A stretch of DNA of 64,000 nucleotides from an uncultured Chthonomonadaceae bacterium (GTDB lineage: Bacteria; Armatimonadota; Chthonomonadetes; Chthonomonadales; Chthonomonadaceae): the NCBI GenBank assembly GCA_963817895.1, contig CAWFQB010000014.1, positions 192,001-256,000 of the forward strand, given 5' to 3'. This document shows, one piece after another, positions 34,739 through 44,747 of this stretch. Within the stretch, counting starts at the first letter, position 1; each line of letters opens with the position of its first letter. A program made the position numbers and the translations under genes. Under the pieces are notes generated by a model. That model did no database searches, had not been told where the DNA came from, and saw nothing but the letters and a program-made list of their open reading frames with translations.

Positions 34739-34960
34739 TAAGAAATAAAGATTTATTAGAAATTAGTGAATATCCATTGGAACCAACGCCCTGTTTATCT
34801 TTACCAATCCATTCGCAAACAAACGCAAGCTATCACAAGAGATTTCCCCACGCTATCTTACGAAATTCAAACGAAAATGAAGAGGAACAGAATGGAAGAG
34901 GAACAGAATGGAAGAAATCCATTCTGTTCCTCTTCATTTTTATAACTACAACCGTGCCAG

Positions 34961-35221
34961 TTAGTTGCGTGATCTGTCCATTGACTGAACTCTACTCAAT
35001 GGCTCGGTTTGCGCTAATTCCGGAAGATGTTGTTCGATCTCCGTGATCTTCTTGTAGCAATCGGTGAGAACGTCCTGAACATCTCGTAAACGGTTAGAAA
35101 CGTTGCCTTCCGTTATGGAACGATCCCGTAAGTTGATGAACACGGCTATGGCTACGACGCCTGCCGCCGCTGCCGCCAGTCCTGTCCACAAAATCACACT
35201 GGATTTCTTGCCTGCTGCCAC
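34961..35221 (-). CDS. Small single-pass membrane protein with helical tail
   Basis: 86 aa, TM ILWTGLAAAAAGVVAIAVFI, SD-like AAAGGG. Confidence 0.7.
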   Translation of the reverse strand: MAAGKKSSVILWTGLAAAAAGVVAIAVFINLRDRSITEGNVSNRLRDVQDVLTDCYKKITEIEQHLPELAQTEPLSRVQSMDRSRN

Positions 35222-35322
35222 GTCGCAACCCTTTCGAGGTCAAGTGAGAGTGAAGAGTGAGAGTGAGAGACAAAAAACAAGCATTTACTCTCACTCTTCA
35301 CTCTTCACTCTCACTATGTATG

Positions 35323-35751
35323 TTAGAAACCGGAATTTTTGGAACTGCCCAGATCAATGTAATTGCCGCCCTCGCTCTCCTGCATGGAGGTGAAAATGCG
35401 CTTTACAAAGGAGATCAGTTCCATCGGATTGAACGGTTTGGTCAGGTAACAGTCAACGCCGGACTGCCAGCCGCGAAATACGTCTGCATCCTGCGCTTTG
35501 GCGGTCAGCATGATGACGGGCAGATCGCGGGTACTCTGGTTCTTGCGCAGGGTTTGCAGCACTTCAAAGCCGTCCATGTACGGCATCATCACGTCCAAAA
35601 CTACCAGGTCAGGGTTTTCGGACTCGACTTTTTCCAGCGCTTCCCGACCATCGAATGCCGTCACGACCTGATAGCCCGCGCGCTCAAGGTTGACTTGAAC
35701 CAGACGCACGATATGCCGCTCATCATCCACTGCTAAAATCTTTTTAGGCAT
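35323..35751 (-). CDS. Stand-alone response regulator receiver protein
   Basis: KKILAVDDE, LVVLDVMMP.MDG, IMLTAK, YLTKPF. Confidence 0.93.
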   Translation of the reverse strand: MPKKILAVDDERHIVRLVQVNLERAGYQVVTAFDGREALEKVESENPDLVVLDVMMPYMDGFEVLQTLRKNQSTRDLPVIMLTAKAQDADVFRGWQSGVDCYLTKPFNPMELISFVKRIFTSMQESEGGNYIDLGSSKNSGF

Positions 35752-35904
35752 CGGTATTGTTCCTTTTGGAAGGGCTGGTTTACATAAGTAGAAACCAACC
35801 GCAGGGATTATTTCAGAAGTATACTGGACGCAGTATATCACAAGCATCGCAGAGTGTCAATGCCGTTATATCAGGCAGCCTGTAAGAAAGGCAAGAGAAG
35901 TCGC

Positions 35905-36297
35905 TCAGTGTCCGCCCGCATCGGCAAACCGCTCGTAGTCCGCGGCGTCCATCAGTTGTTCCAGTTCTGAGGGGACGCTGAAACGCACTTTCATGAGCCA
36001 GCCCTGACCGAACGGGTCGGTGTTGATCACGTCGGTTTTGGCGGTTATTTCGAGATGCGTTTCCACGACTTCACCGGAAATGGGCGAAAACAGTTCTGAT
36101 ACGGCCTTAACCAATTCCACTTCGCCGAACTGCTCCTCCGGTTTGAGGATGCGCCCCACTTCCGTAAGGTCCAGATAAACGATGTCGCCAAGTTCCGCCT
36201 GCGCGTGATCCGTGATGCCGACTGTAGCAACATCACCCTCTATCTTCACCCACTCATGGGTGCTGCTGTATTTCAAATCTGCGGGTACGTTAGCCAT
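35905..36297 (-). CDS. gcvH: Glycine cleavage system H protein
   Basis: LKYSSTHEWV, VGITDHAQAELGDIVY, VELVKAVSELFSP. Confidence 0.95.
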   Translation of the reverse strand: MANVPADLKYSSTHEWVKIEGDVATVGITDHAQAELGDIVYLDLTEVGRILKPEEQFGEVELVKAVSELFSPISGEVVETHLEITAKTDVINTDPFGQGWLMKVRFSVPSELEQLMDAADYERFADAGGH

Positions 36298-36321
36298 GTT
36301 TCACCCCCACTCTAAACTATG

Positions 36322-37482
36322 TTACAAACTATGTTCTTCCGGCGCAGCTTTTGGTTCCAGCAGAGACTTCTTCTGCACGACCGTCATACCGGCGAATTTA
36401 TCGCGAACCGCCACACTGACGCTCAATCCCGGTTTGGCATACGCTACATTCATATACGCCATTGCCACGCTGTGGTTGCGGGTGGGAGAAAAAACGCCGC
36501 TCGTAATCACGCCAATGGCGGATGCGGCCTCCGCGCTAGAACTCTCCCCTGCCCCACTGCCATCAGAAGGCGCATAGATAGTATACCCTTGACGCGGGAT
36601 TATCCGTTCGCTGGAAGTCAAACCCATCAGCCGTCTTTGCGGGCCGGCCTGCTTAATTTTTTCTATGGGAGACTTTCCGAAAAAGTCGCCCTTATCCAGT
36701 TTAACGACCCACATCAATCCCGCTTCAACCGGCGACGTGGTTTCATCTATTTCGTGTCCATAAAGAGGGTAGCCCGCTTCGATGCGCAGGGCGTCACGCG
36801 CTCCCAGCCCGCAGGGAACCGCCCCGGCCTCTACAAGCGCGTCCCACGCTGCCTGCCCCTGTTTAGCGGGAACAATCAGTTCGAAGCCATCTTCACCCGT
36901 ATATCCCGTGCGGCAGAAGGTGGCCGGCACACCCGCCAACATTCCCGTCGCGTACTGAAAGCGTTTGCGTTCCAGAAGCAGGGGATTGCCGGCCAGCCGC
37001 GCTACCATTTCGGGCGCTTGGGGCCCCTGTACCGCGATCATCGCCGTCGCCTCGCTCTGATCCTGAATAGTCACATTTTCGGGAACATGATGCCGCATCC
37101 ACGCCAAATCTTTTTCGGCATTGCCCGCGTTGATGACAACCAGATAGCTGTCTCTATCCTCGCGATACACGATTATGTCGTCAATGATGCCCCCCTCCGG
37201 GTTCATCAGTAGCGAATAGTGGGCGGAAGAGGGTTTGAGGGCGGCTACATCGTTGCTGGTTAGCTGTTGCAGGAAAGCGGTTGCCTTGTCGCCAAACACC
37301 CGGACGCGCCCCATGTGGCTGATGTCGAAGATGCCAACGTTACTGCGCACAGCCCGCGATTCCTCTAAAATGCCGGAATATAAGACGGGCATAGCCCATC
37401 CCGCATACTCCACCATCCGGCCTTTCAGCACAAGATGCGCCTCATACAACGGCGTTTGCTTCAAAGTGTTTTCAGTGTTCAT
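36322..37482 (-). CDS. gcvT: Glycine cleavage system aminomethyltransferase
   Basis: FDISHMG, GGIIDD, RTGYTGEDGFE, GLGARDALRIEAGYPLYGHE. Confidence 0.97.
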   Translation of the reverse strand: MNTENTLKQTPLYEAHLVLKGRMVEYAGWAMPVLYSGILEESRAVRSNVGIFDISHMGRVRVFGDKATAFLQQLTSNDVAALKPSSAHYSLLMNPEGGIIDDIIVYREDRDSYLVVINAGNAEKDLAWMRHHVPENVTIQDQSEATAMIAVQGPQAPEMVARLAGNPLLLERKRFQYATGMLAGVPATFCRTGYTGEDGFELIVPAKQGQAAWDALVEAGAVPCGLGARDALRIEAGYPLYGHEIDETTSPVEAGLMWVVKLDKGDFFGKSPIEKIKQAGPQRRLMGLTSSERIIPRQGYTIYAPSDGSGAGESSSAEAASAIGVITSGVFSPTRNHSVAMAYMNVAYAKPGLSVSVAVRDKFAGMTVVQKKSLLEPKAAPEEHSL

Positions 37483-37536
37483 AAGGATTAGGTGTCAGGT
37501 GTCGGGTGTCAGGGGGCGAGTATCCAGCCGCACCTG

Positions 37537-38352
37537 TTATTTAATATCTTTCGCTACGGGTATGGAGGCGCGGCCCGTGATGATGATCTCATCGTCCCCT
37601 ATCTCAACTTTTTCCATCACAAAGTAGCCGCCAAGTCCTAAATCCGCATCCGTATCCAGTACGGGATTGATCTGCTTCAACAAATTCTGTACGCCTGATG
37701 GCGTCATAGGGATGCCGTTCAGAAACATTTCCGGGTTTGCCATATCCAGAAAGCGTCCGGCGCGGGGTACGAGGGTTCCCGTCGCCGAAAAGGGCGTCGC
37801 GCCGGAAAAAATGGTGATTTTGCCCTCAATGCGAACGCGGTGATTGGGAAATTCTACGTTTACGTCCAGCAACTTGTCGGCGAACTTTTTGCGTATGAAG
37901 GCTTTCAGGCCGTCCCCATCCACTTTGACCGTAGAAGTCCCCTCCCCCGTCCCTCGCAGCACGAGTTGGCTTTTACTCAGCGCGTAGCTGATGTCAAAGG
38001 TGGCCGAGGGTATATCCGCTTCAAAAGAGCGTATCGGCAGGCCCTTTAAGGTAAAGCGTTTCAGATGCAGCCGCAGATGCCGTATACTCCCCTTCCAACC
38101 CGAACGCGGATAAACGTAGAACGGCAACTGATCCGACTTCAAATCCACGCCGTACACATCTACCGACCAGAAACGACTCGCTTCCAGACCGAACAGGCCA
38201 CGCGGCTGAAGGACGGCGCGTACCGTTCCCGTATGCTGAAAACTCTCGCTGATCTGCCGTTCCGCGCCGTGTTTGGCGCGCTGCTCCAAACTGCCATGTA
38301 TCGTCAGAAACGCCAGCAATCCATACGTCAGCGCGCGGGTAATGTCATCCAT
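37537..38352 (-). CDS. DUF2993/LmeA-like protein
   Basis: Intact 271-aa ORF; N-terminal TM, beta-rich body, INPVLD near C-terminus. Confidence 0.55.
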   Translation of the reverse strand: MDDITRALTYGLLAFLTIHGSLEQRAKHGAERQISESFQHTGTVRAVLQPRGLFGLEASRFWSVDVYGVDLKSDQLPFYVYPRSGWKGSIRHLRLHLKRFTLKGLPIRSFEADIPSATFDISYALSKSQLVLRGTGEGTSTVKVDGDGLKAFIRKKFADKLLDVNVEFPNHRVRIEGKITIFSGATPFSATGTLVPRAGRFLDMANPEMFLNGIPMTPSGVQNLLKQINPVLDTDADLGLGGYFVMEKVEIGDDEIIITGRASIPVAKDIK

Positions 38353-38441
38353 AATAGTGAGAGTGGAGAGTGAGAGTGCTAAGTGAGAGTGGAGAGTGGG
38401 AGTAGATAATTATTTTCTCTCACTCTCACTCTCCACTCTCA

Positions 38442-39182
38442 CTATTCTCCTAAATACGCTTTGCGAACGCTGTCGTTTTGCAGCAGGGCTGCTGCGGTAT
38501 CGGCAAGAACTACGCGGCCTGTTTCCAGCACGTAACCCCGGTGGGCGATGCGAAGGGCTTGATTGGCGTTTTGTTCCACAAGCAGAATGGTCATGCCCTG
38601 CGCGTTGATGTCCTGAATGATCTGAAAAATGTTTTTGACAAGAAAGGGCGCAAGGCCGAGCGACGGTTCATCGAGCAGCAGCAGGCGCGGGCGGGCCATC
38701 AGCGCGCGTCCAATCGCAAGCATCTGCTGTTCGCCCCCCGACAGCGTACCCGCAAGCTGCGTTTCCCGCTCCTTCAAGCGGGGAAACAGCGCGAAAGCCT
38801 TGTCCATATCTTCGCGTTTCTCCGCTTTGTGCCTGTCCCGCGTAAACGCGCCCAATTCAAGATTTTCACGCACAGTCATGTTGGCGAAGACCCGCCTGCC
38901 CTCCGGCGACTGCCCTACCCCAAGCATGACAATCTCATGGGGCGGCAGGCGGTGCAGGGGCTTGCCTTCAAACGTCACTTCACCCAGGCGTGGCCGCACA
39001 AGCCCCGAAACAGTGCGTATCGTAGTGCTTTTCCCGGCCCCGTTCGCGCCGATCATACAGACGATTTCGCCCTGATTCACTGTCAGGGACACGTCGTTGA
39101 GCGCCTGTATCGCACCATAATACACGTTCAAATTAGAAATCGTCAGCACGACGCCACTCCCTACAATTTCCTGCCCAAACAC
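38442..39182 (-). CDS. livF: Branched-chain amino acid ABC transporter ATPase
   Basis: IGANGAGKST, SPEGRRVF, TLSGGEQQMLAIGRALM, LLLDEPSLGLAP. Confidence 0.95.
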   Translation of the reverse strand: MFGQEIVGSGVVLTISNLNVYYGAIQALNDVSLTVNQGEIVCMIGANGAGKSTTIRTVSGLVRPRLGEVTFEGKPLHRLPPHEIVMLGVGQSPEGRRVFANMTVRENLELGAFTRDRHKAEKREDMDKAFALFPRLKERETQLAGTLSGGEQQMLAIGRALMARPRLLLLDEPSLGLAPFLVKNIFQIIQDINAQGMTILLVEQNANQALRIAHRGYVLETGRVVLADTAAALLQNDSVRKAYLGE

Positions 39183-39253
39183 GCCTCTTCAATTGGGCAG
39201 ACACAGGGGTTTGCCCTTACACCTGACACCTGCGTTTGCCCTTACGCCTGCAT

Positions 39254-41486
39254 CTACTTTACGCCGTCCGGCTGCCCGTCGCCATCTGCATCGCCCAATT
39301 CTTCGCCAAGATACGCCGCGATCACTTTAGGGTTGCTGCGTATCTCCTGCGGCGATCCCTCAGCAATGATACGCCCGTAATCCAGCACATAAATGCGCTC
39401 ACAAATGCCCATAACCAATTTCATATCATGCTCGATGAGGAGAATTGTCAGGCCGTACTCATCGCGGACGCGGCGAATCAGGCGCATCAAGCTGCGTCTT
39501 TTCCTGCGGGTTCATGCCCGCCGCCGGTTCATCCAGAAGGAGCAATTTGGGGTCGGTCGCCAGCGCGCGCACGATTTCAAGGCGGCGCTGATCGCCGTAT
39601 GGCAGGTTCTTCGCCTGCTCGTCCTGAACGCGCAACAGATTGAATTCCGCAAGCAATTTCCGCGCCTTCTGGATGGTTGCCGCCTCCTCCTGTTCAAGAC
39701 GGGCTGTGCGGAACAGAGCATCGAAAACATTGGTACGGCGGCGCAGGTAGGTTCCGATGCGGACATTTTCCAGAACGGTCAGATCGGAAAACAGGCGGAT
39801 GTTCTGGAACGTGCGCGAAATGCCGCGCTGCGCGAAGCGATACGGTTTAAGGCCGGATACAAAGCGGCGTCGCTTCCCGATTGTGGCAAGCGACAACGCA
39901 ATGCCGATAAGAGGACCGAGCCAGCGTATGACGGTTTGAATCTGAACCATTTGCGGGTTGATGGCGGCGGGTACGACAGCGGTTGCCAGAATGGTGCTGA
40001 TGATCCAACCACCCAACCCGGCAATCAGGGTATCCAGCGCAAGACCGGCAAACCGCGTATTCTGCGGCATGGGACGTTGTCCCGCAAGCGGAGTGCCATC
40101 GAAGTCCAGCTTGCCTTCACTCGGCTCGTACACGCCCGTCAGCAGGTTGAAAACCGTAGTTTTGCCCGCGCCGTTCGGCCCGATCAAGCCAACGAGTTCT
40201 CCGGCGCAAAGCTGAATATTGACATTGCCAACAGCGGTCAGCCCACCGAACCGCCGCGTTAAATCCGCCACATCTAAAAGGACGCTTCCAGTCTCCGCGC
40301 CGGTTCGCATCGTCACAGAAGAGGCGGTTGTAGAGGATGCGGATGCGGACACGTTGCCAGTATCCGCAAGGGCATCTTCGCCCTCTTTCTCAAGTCCTTC
40401 GGCAAAAGTGGTGACGGGAGATTTGCCCCGACTCAGCCAGCGCTTCAATCCCGCAAAACTGAGTTCGCCCGTGCCGAATACGCCGGTTGGACGCAAAATC
40501 ATCATCAGAACCAGCAGCAGCGCGTAAATCACCTGCCGGTACTCGTCCGTAAAAAACGGCACTTTGTCTTTCACGGGTTTGAGCAGTTCCGGCAGGATGG
40601 TCAGGCCAATCGCCGCCATTGTCGCGCCCGTGATGCTGCCCGTACCCCCAAGAACGATCATCACAACGTAGTTCATGGAGAGGATGAAGCCAAACGTATC
40701 CGGTTTAAACGCTTTGTAATGGGCGAACAGTACGCCCCCCACCCCGGCAAAGAACGCGCTGAGAACAAATGCCGTTACCTTGATACGTGTTGTATTTACG
40801 CCCATCGCGTCGGCGGCAATCTCATCCTCTCTTATGGACATAAAAGCCAGTCCATGCGAAGAGAATTTAAGATTGCGGGTCAGAACGATAATCAGCGCCA
40901 ATGTGCCAAAGACGATACCAAAATTTGTCAGCCCGCTTGGAATGTTCTGAAAGCCGGACGCGCCGCCCGTAAATGCGAGATTGGAATTGATGTCGGAGAT
41001 GTTTTCCAGCAGGACACGGATGATTTCGCCAAATCCAAGCGTGACAATCGCCAGATAATCCCCGCGCAGTCGCAGGCTGGGAACGCCTACCACATACCCG
41101 GCAAGCGCGGCGCACAATCCCCCCGCCGCCATTGCCAGCAACATCCATTGCAAACCGGGCTGCTTGACATGTTGATTCTGCGCGACCTGATAGGTGATGC
41201 TCGCGCCCGTGTACGCGCCCGCCGCCATAAACCCGGCGTGGCCGATGGAGAATTGCCCCGTAAGGCCATTGACGATATTGAGGCTGACCGCCAGTATGAT
41301 GGCAAAGCCGCACTGCAAAATAATGTCCTGATAATAGTCTTTGAGGTTGTTGCTGATCGCGTTCCCGATAGCGAGAAAGGCGACGGCGACCATCAGCCAG
41401 CCGACGCGCTTGAACCAGCGCAGGAACGGGGAGGAGGCGACAGCAGGTTTGGATGTATCGGTTTGAAGCTTGCCGGTTTAAATCAT
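39254..41486 (-). CDS. Fused LivM permease + LivG ATPase (frameshifts near both ends; start approximate)
   Basis: [72 protein letters not shown]. Confidence 0.9.
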
Positions 41487-41622
41487 AGATGTCGAGGCGA
41501 ACGGGAATATTTCAACGCTGAAACGAAGTGGAATCATAAAGCAGGTTACAGGTAGATTATCAGAAGATTGCTCCTCTACTTATCTACCCATCAACCCATT
41601 TAGCTATCTACCTGAAAGACAA

Positions 41623-42744
41623 CTACACCTTTTCTATGGTGTTGCGTCCCAAAATGCCCGCAGGCCGGAACAGCAGAACCGCAATTAAAATTACAAATCC
41701 AACCCCATCCTTGAAGGCGTTCAGCGCGGAGCCGCCCGTGAAACTTTCGGCCAGACCCATCAGCATGGCTCCCAGTACCGCGCCCTCGATGCTGCCGATA
41801 CCGCCCAGAACAGCGGCGACAAAGGCTTTCAGGCCAAGCTGTATGCCGATATTGGCGTCGAATTTGATCTGCCCCAAATTGTGGTTCAGAAAGCCGCCCG
41901 CGCCCGCCAGCGCGGAACCGATAACGAACGTCAGCGCGACAATACGATCTGTTGGTATGCCCATCAGCGCGGCGGCTTCTATGTCGTAGGATACGGCGCG
42001 AATGGCGCGTCCCGTGCGCGTTTTGCGGACAATGTAGACCAGCAGGGCCATCAGTATCACGGCGGCCACAAGAACAATCAGCCGTCCCGAATTGATGTTC
42101 ACCTCAATGGAACCGAGGGCAAGTATCTGCGGCTTAAAACCCTGATCCGGGTACTGGCGCGGCGTCGCGCCGAACGAGGCTTGCCCCTGATTTTCCAGCA
42201 GCAGCGACAGGCCAATGGCGGTAATCAGGGCTGTCAGGCGGTTTCTGGAGGGCCGCAGACGCTTGCCGACGCTGTTGAACAATCGTTGCAGCAGGGGCGT
42301 CAGGACGACGAAGCTGATGCCTGCCGTAACCAGAAACGCGCCCACGCCGTTCAACTGGCTGTGCGCCGACACTGCCGGACCGGCAAACAGCGCGATGTAC
42401 AAGGCCCAGAATAGCGCCCAGGGCCACGCATCGTTGCCGCTCAAACCGTTGCGAAGCGGACGATACGCCAGCCGCTCGATAAACGCGCCGAGCAACCCGC
42501 AGCCCAACATGCACAGCATCAGCACAATTATGTCCTGCGTCAGCGGCCCGTTGTGCGGCAGAATCGCCGCAACCGCGAACAGCCCGATGTAGGCTCCCAC
42601 CATGTACACATCGCCATGCGCGAAGTTGATGAACTTCAAAACGCCGTACACCATCGTATACCCGACCGCAATGAGCGCGTAAACGCTCCCGGTCTGGACA
42701 CCATTGATAAACTGCTGCAAAAATATCTCTACGGCCTTAGACAA
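41623..42744 (-). CDS. livH: Branched-chain amino acid ABC transporter permease
   Basis: GSVYALIAVGYTMVYGVLKFINFAHG, ERLAYRPLR, GLKAFVAAVLGGIG. Confidence 0.93.
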   Translation of the reverse strand: MSKAVEIFLQQFINGVQTGSVYALIAVGYTMVYGVLKFINFAHGDVYMVGAYIGLFAVAAILPHNGPLTQDIIVLMLCMLGCGLLGAFIERLAYRPLRNGLSGNDAWPWALFWALYIALFAGPAVSAHSQLNGVGAFLVTAGISFVVLTPLLQRLFNSVGKRLRPSRNRLTALITAIGLSLLLENQGQASFGATPRQYPDQGFKPQILALGSIEVNINSGRLIVLVAAVILMALLVYIVRKTRTGRAIRAVSYDIEAAALMGIPTDRIVALTFVIGSALAGAGGFLNHNLGQIKFDANIGIQLGLKAFVAAVLGGIGSIEGAVLGAMLMGLAESFTGGSALNAFKDGVGFVILIAVLLFRPAGILGRNTIEKV

Positions 42745-42762
42745 GAAGAACTCCGTAACTCA

Positions 42763-42832
42763 AGTGAGAGTGGAGAGTGGAGAGTGAGAGAACACATGCC
42801 TTTTCTCTCACTCTCCACTCTCCACTCTCACT
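42763..42832. repeat. Inverted pair of AGTG(G)AG tandem repeats
   Basis: agtgagagtggagagtggagagtgagag ... ctctcactctccactctccactctcact; similar pairs at 35243-35315 and 38356-38443. Confidence 0.85.
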
Positions 42833-44126
42833 ACTTCGCCGGCATTGGCTGGTCAGGATCGGGAATCGTCGCGGCGTAATCGAAACTGCCGTTTTTCACA
42901 ACGTTGATGACAGCGGGCTTTCTGGCGTTGCGGTTTTCATCAATGGTAATCTTGCCGGTAAGCCCTTCGTAATCTTTGGTTTGGGCGATGGCGTCGCGAA
43001 TGGCCTTTTTGTCCGTAGATTTGGCGCGGGAAATCGCGTCAAACAGGATTTTGGCTGCGTCGTAGCCCAGTGCCGACATGGAGGTGGGTTCCGTGTTGAA
43101 CTTGCCCTTGTAGCCCTTGACGAAGTTCTGCACAACGGGCTTGGGGTCTTTGATCGACATGTGATCGCTGAAATAGCAGCCCTCGACCGCAGTGCCGCCA
43201 ATTTTCAGCAGTTCGGGGGAACTCCAGCCATCACCGCCAAGCAGCGGAACCTTGATGCCCATTTCGCGCGCCTGCTTTGCGATGCTGCCTGCGTCGGAGT
43301 AGTAGCCCGGAACCAGAATGGCGTCGGGGTTGACGGATTTGATGGCCGTCAATTGCCCGCGATAATCCTGATCATTGGTTCCATACGTCTGCTCCATGAT
43401 GATTTTGCCGCCGTACTGGACAAACTTCTTCTTGAACTCGTTGGTGAAACCCGTCGAGTAGCTTTCCGATTTGTTGGTAAAGGTGGCGACGTTTTTCACT
43501 TTCAGGCCGTCTATGATGTAGCGGGCCACAACCCCGGCCTGATAGCTGTCAATGAAGCACACGCGGAAAACCTCATCCCGGTCTTTAGTAACGCTCTCAT
43601 TCGTGGAGGAGGGCGAAATCATCGGGACGCCACGCTCCTGGCACACTTTGCCACCCGCCTGGCTGTTCGAACTCGCCACTTCGCCCAGTACGGCGGTAAC
43701 GTTTTTCTCGTCAATCAGGCGCTTGACGGCGGTATCCGCTTTGGTGGAGTCGCTCTGATCGTCTTCCGTGACCAGTTTCACCTTCATCTTCTTGCCGCCG
43801 ACATCAACCCCGCCGGCCTCGTTGGTTTCCGCAACCGCAAGCTTGATTCCATTATCGGTCTGTATGCCAAAGTCCGACTGCTTACCCGTGAAAGAGCCGT
43901 ATTCGCCAACCACGATCTCATCGCCGGACGCGCTGCTGCCCGTGCCGCCTGAACCGGTGGATGCGGTGGATTTGCCGCTGTCACTGCCGCTGCTTGCCGT
44001 AGTGCCGCTTCCGGCATCGGTTTTGTCTTTACAGCCGGCCAGCATCAGAGTCAGTCCCGTCGCCAGCAGCAGAGTTCCCTGAATTCTGCGATTCCAGAGT
44101 GTAATGTTGCCAATACTTGCGCTCAT
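42831..44126 (-). CDS. Branched-chain amino acid ABC substrate-binding lipoprotein (LivK/LivJ-like)
   Basis: Lipobox LAGC; GEVASSNS, PMISPSST, FRVCFID, LGGDGW, ALGYDAA. Confidence 0.92.
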   Translation of the reverse strand: MSASIGNITLWNRRIQGTLLLATGLTLMLAGCKDKTDAGSGTTASSGSDSGKSTASTGSGGTGSSASGDEIVVGEYGSFTGKQSDFGIQTDNGIKLAVAETNEAGGVDVGGKKMKVKLVTEDDQSDSTKADTAVKRLIDEKNVTAVLGEVASSNSQAGGKVCQERGVPMISPSSTNESVTKDRDEVFRVCFIDSYQAGVVARYIIDGLKVKNVATFTNKSESYSTGFTNEFKKKFVQYGGKIIMEQTYGTNDQDYRGQLTAIKSVNPDAILVPGYYSDAGSIAKQAREMGIKVPLLGGDGWSSPELLKIGGTAVEGCYFSDHMSIKDPKPVVQNFVKGYKGKFNTEPTSMSALGYDAAKILFDAISRAKSTDKKAIRDAIAQTKDYEGLTGKITIDENRNARKPAVINVVKNGSFDYAATIPDPDQPMPAK

Positions 44127-44259
44127 GTGTCCTCTCCCGTCCTTCTTCTCTGACATGTTAAAACATGTTCAAATTTGTTTCTTGTTTGTTTCTTGTTCCA
44201 ATTGTTACCGGAACATTCCAGATCAAGATATTTTAAGCGATGACGTATGCCAATCGCTT

Positions 44260-44709
44260 TCAAAGCAACTGTTCAAAAACCGCCTGAATGATGTCAACCC
44301 GGCTGACCGTACCCACAACCCGCTCCAGATCATCGGTTACGGGCAGGCATTCTACAGCATGGGTCAGCAGCAGTCGCGCCGCCTGCCGCGCATCGCAATG
44401 CTCGGAGATGCTGATAGCGGGGCGCAGCATAAAGTCTTGAACCAGTAAATGCGCGGCATGGTTTGCCGCTAAAGCGCGATTCAGGTCCGCTTCGCTCATC
44501 GCCGCGCCTGCTTCCGCCGCTCCCTGCGCTTCCTCTGTCATTGCCCGTAATACGTCGTCATCCATCAGGATGCCACACAGACGCTTTGTAGCGTCTACGA
44601 CAGGCAGGCACGGAACTTGATACAAATCCATCAAGTCTACGGCCTCGCCAAGCGTAGATTCAGGGCGCGTGGTGGTCACATGGGTTTTCATCAGTTCCAA
44701 AACTTGCAT
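44260..44709 (-). CDS. CBS-domain pair protein
   Basis: V.ELM...V.T, LPVVD...LCGIL, LPVTD..RVVGTVSRVDII. Confidence 0.85.
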   Translation of the reverse strand: MQVLELMKTHVTTTRPESTLGEAVDLMDLYQVPCLPVVDATKRLCGILMDDDVLRAMTEEAQGAAEAGAAMSEADLNRALAANHAAHLLVQDFMLRPAISISEHCDARQAARLLLTHAVECLPVTDDLERVVGTVSRVDIIQAVFEQLL

Positions 44710-44747
44710 CACGACAACAATTCTAGCACAAATCCATCGGAAATCCA

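Noticed and set aside
37483..37536. Glycine riboswitch upstream of gcvT
   Set aside because: The spacer is only ~54 nt and mostly GGTGTC repeats; no aptamer motifs
36319..43952. Long plus-strand ORFs opposite gcvT, livF, livM-G and livK
   Set aside because: Antisense shadows of clearly identified minus-strand genes
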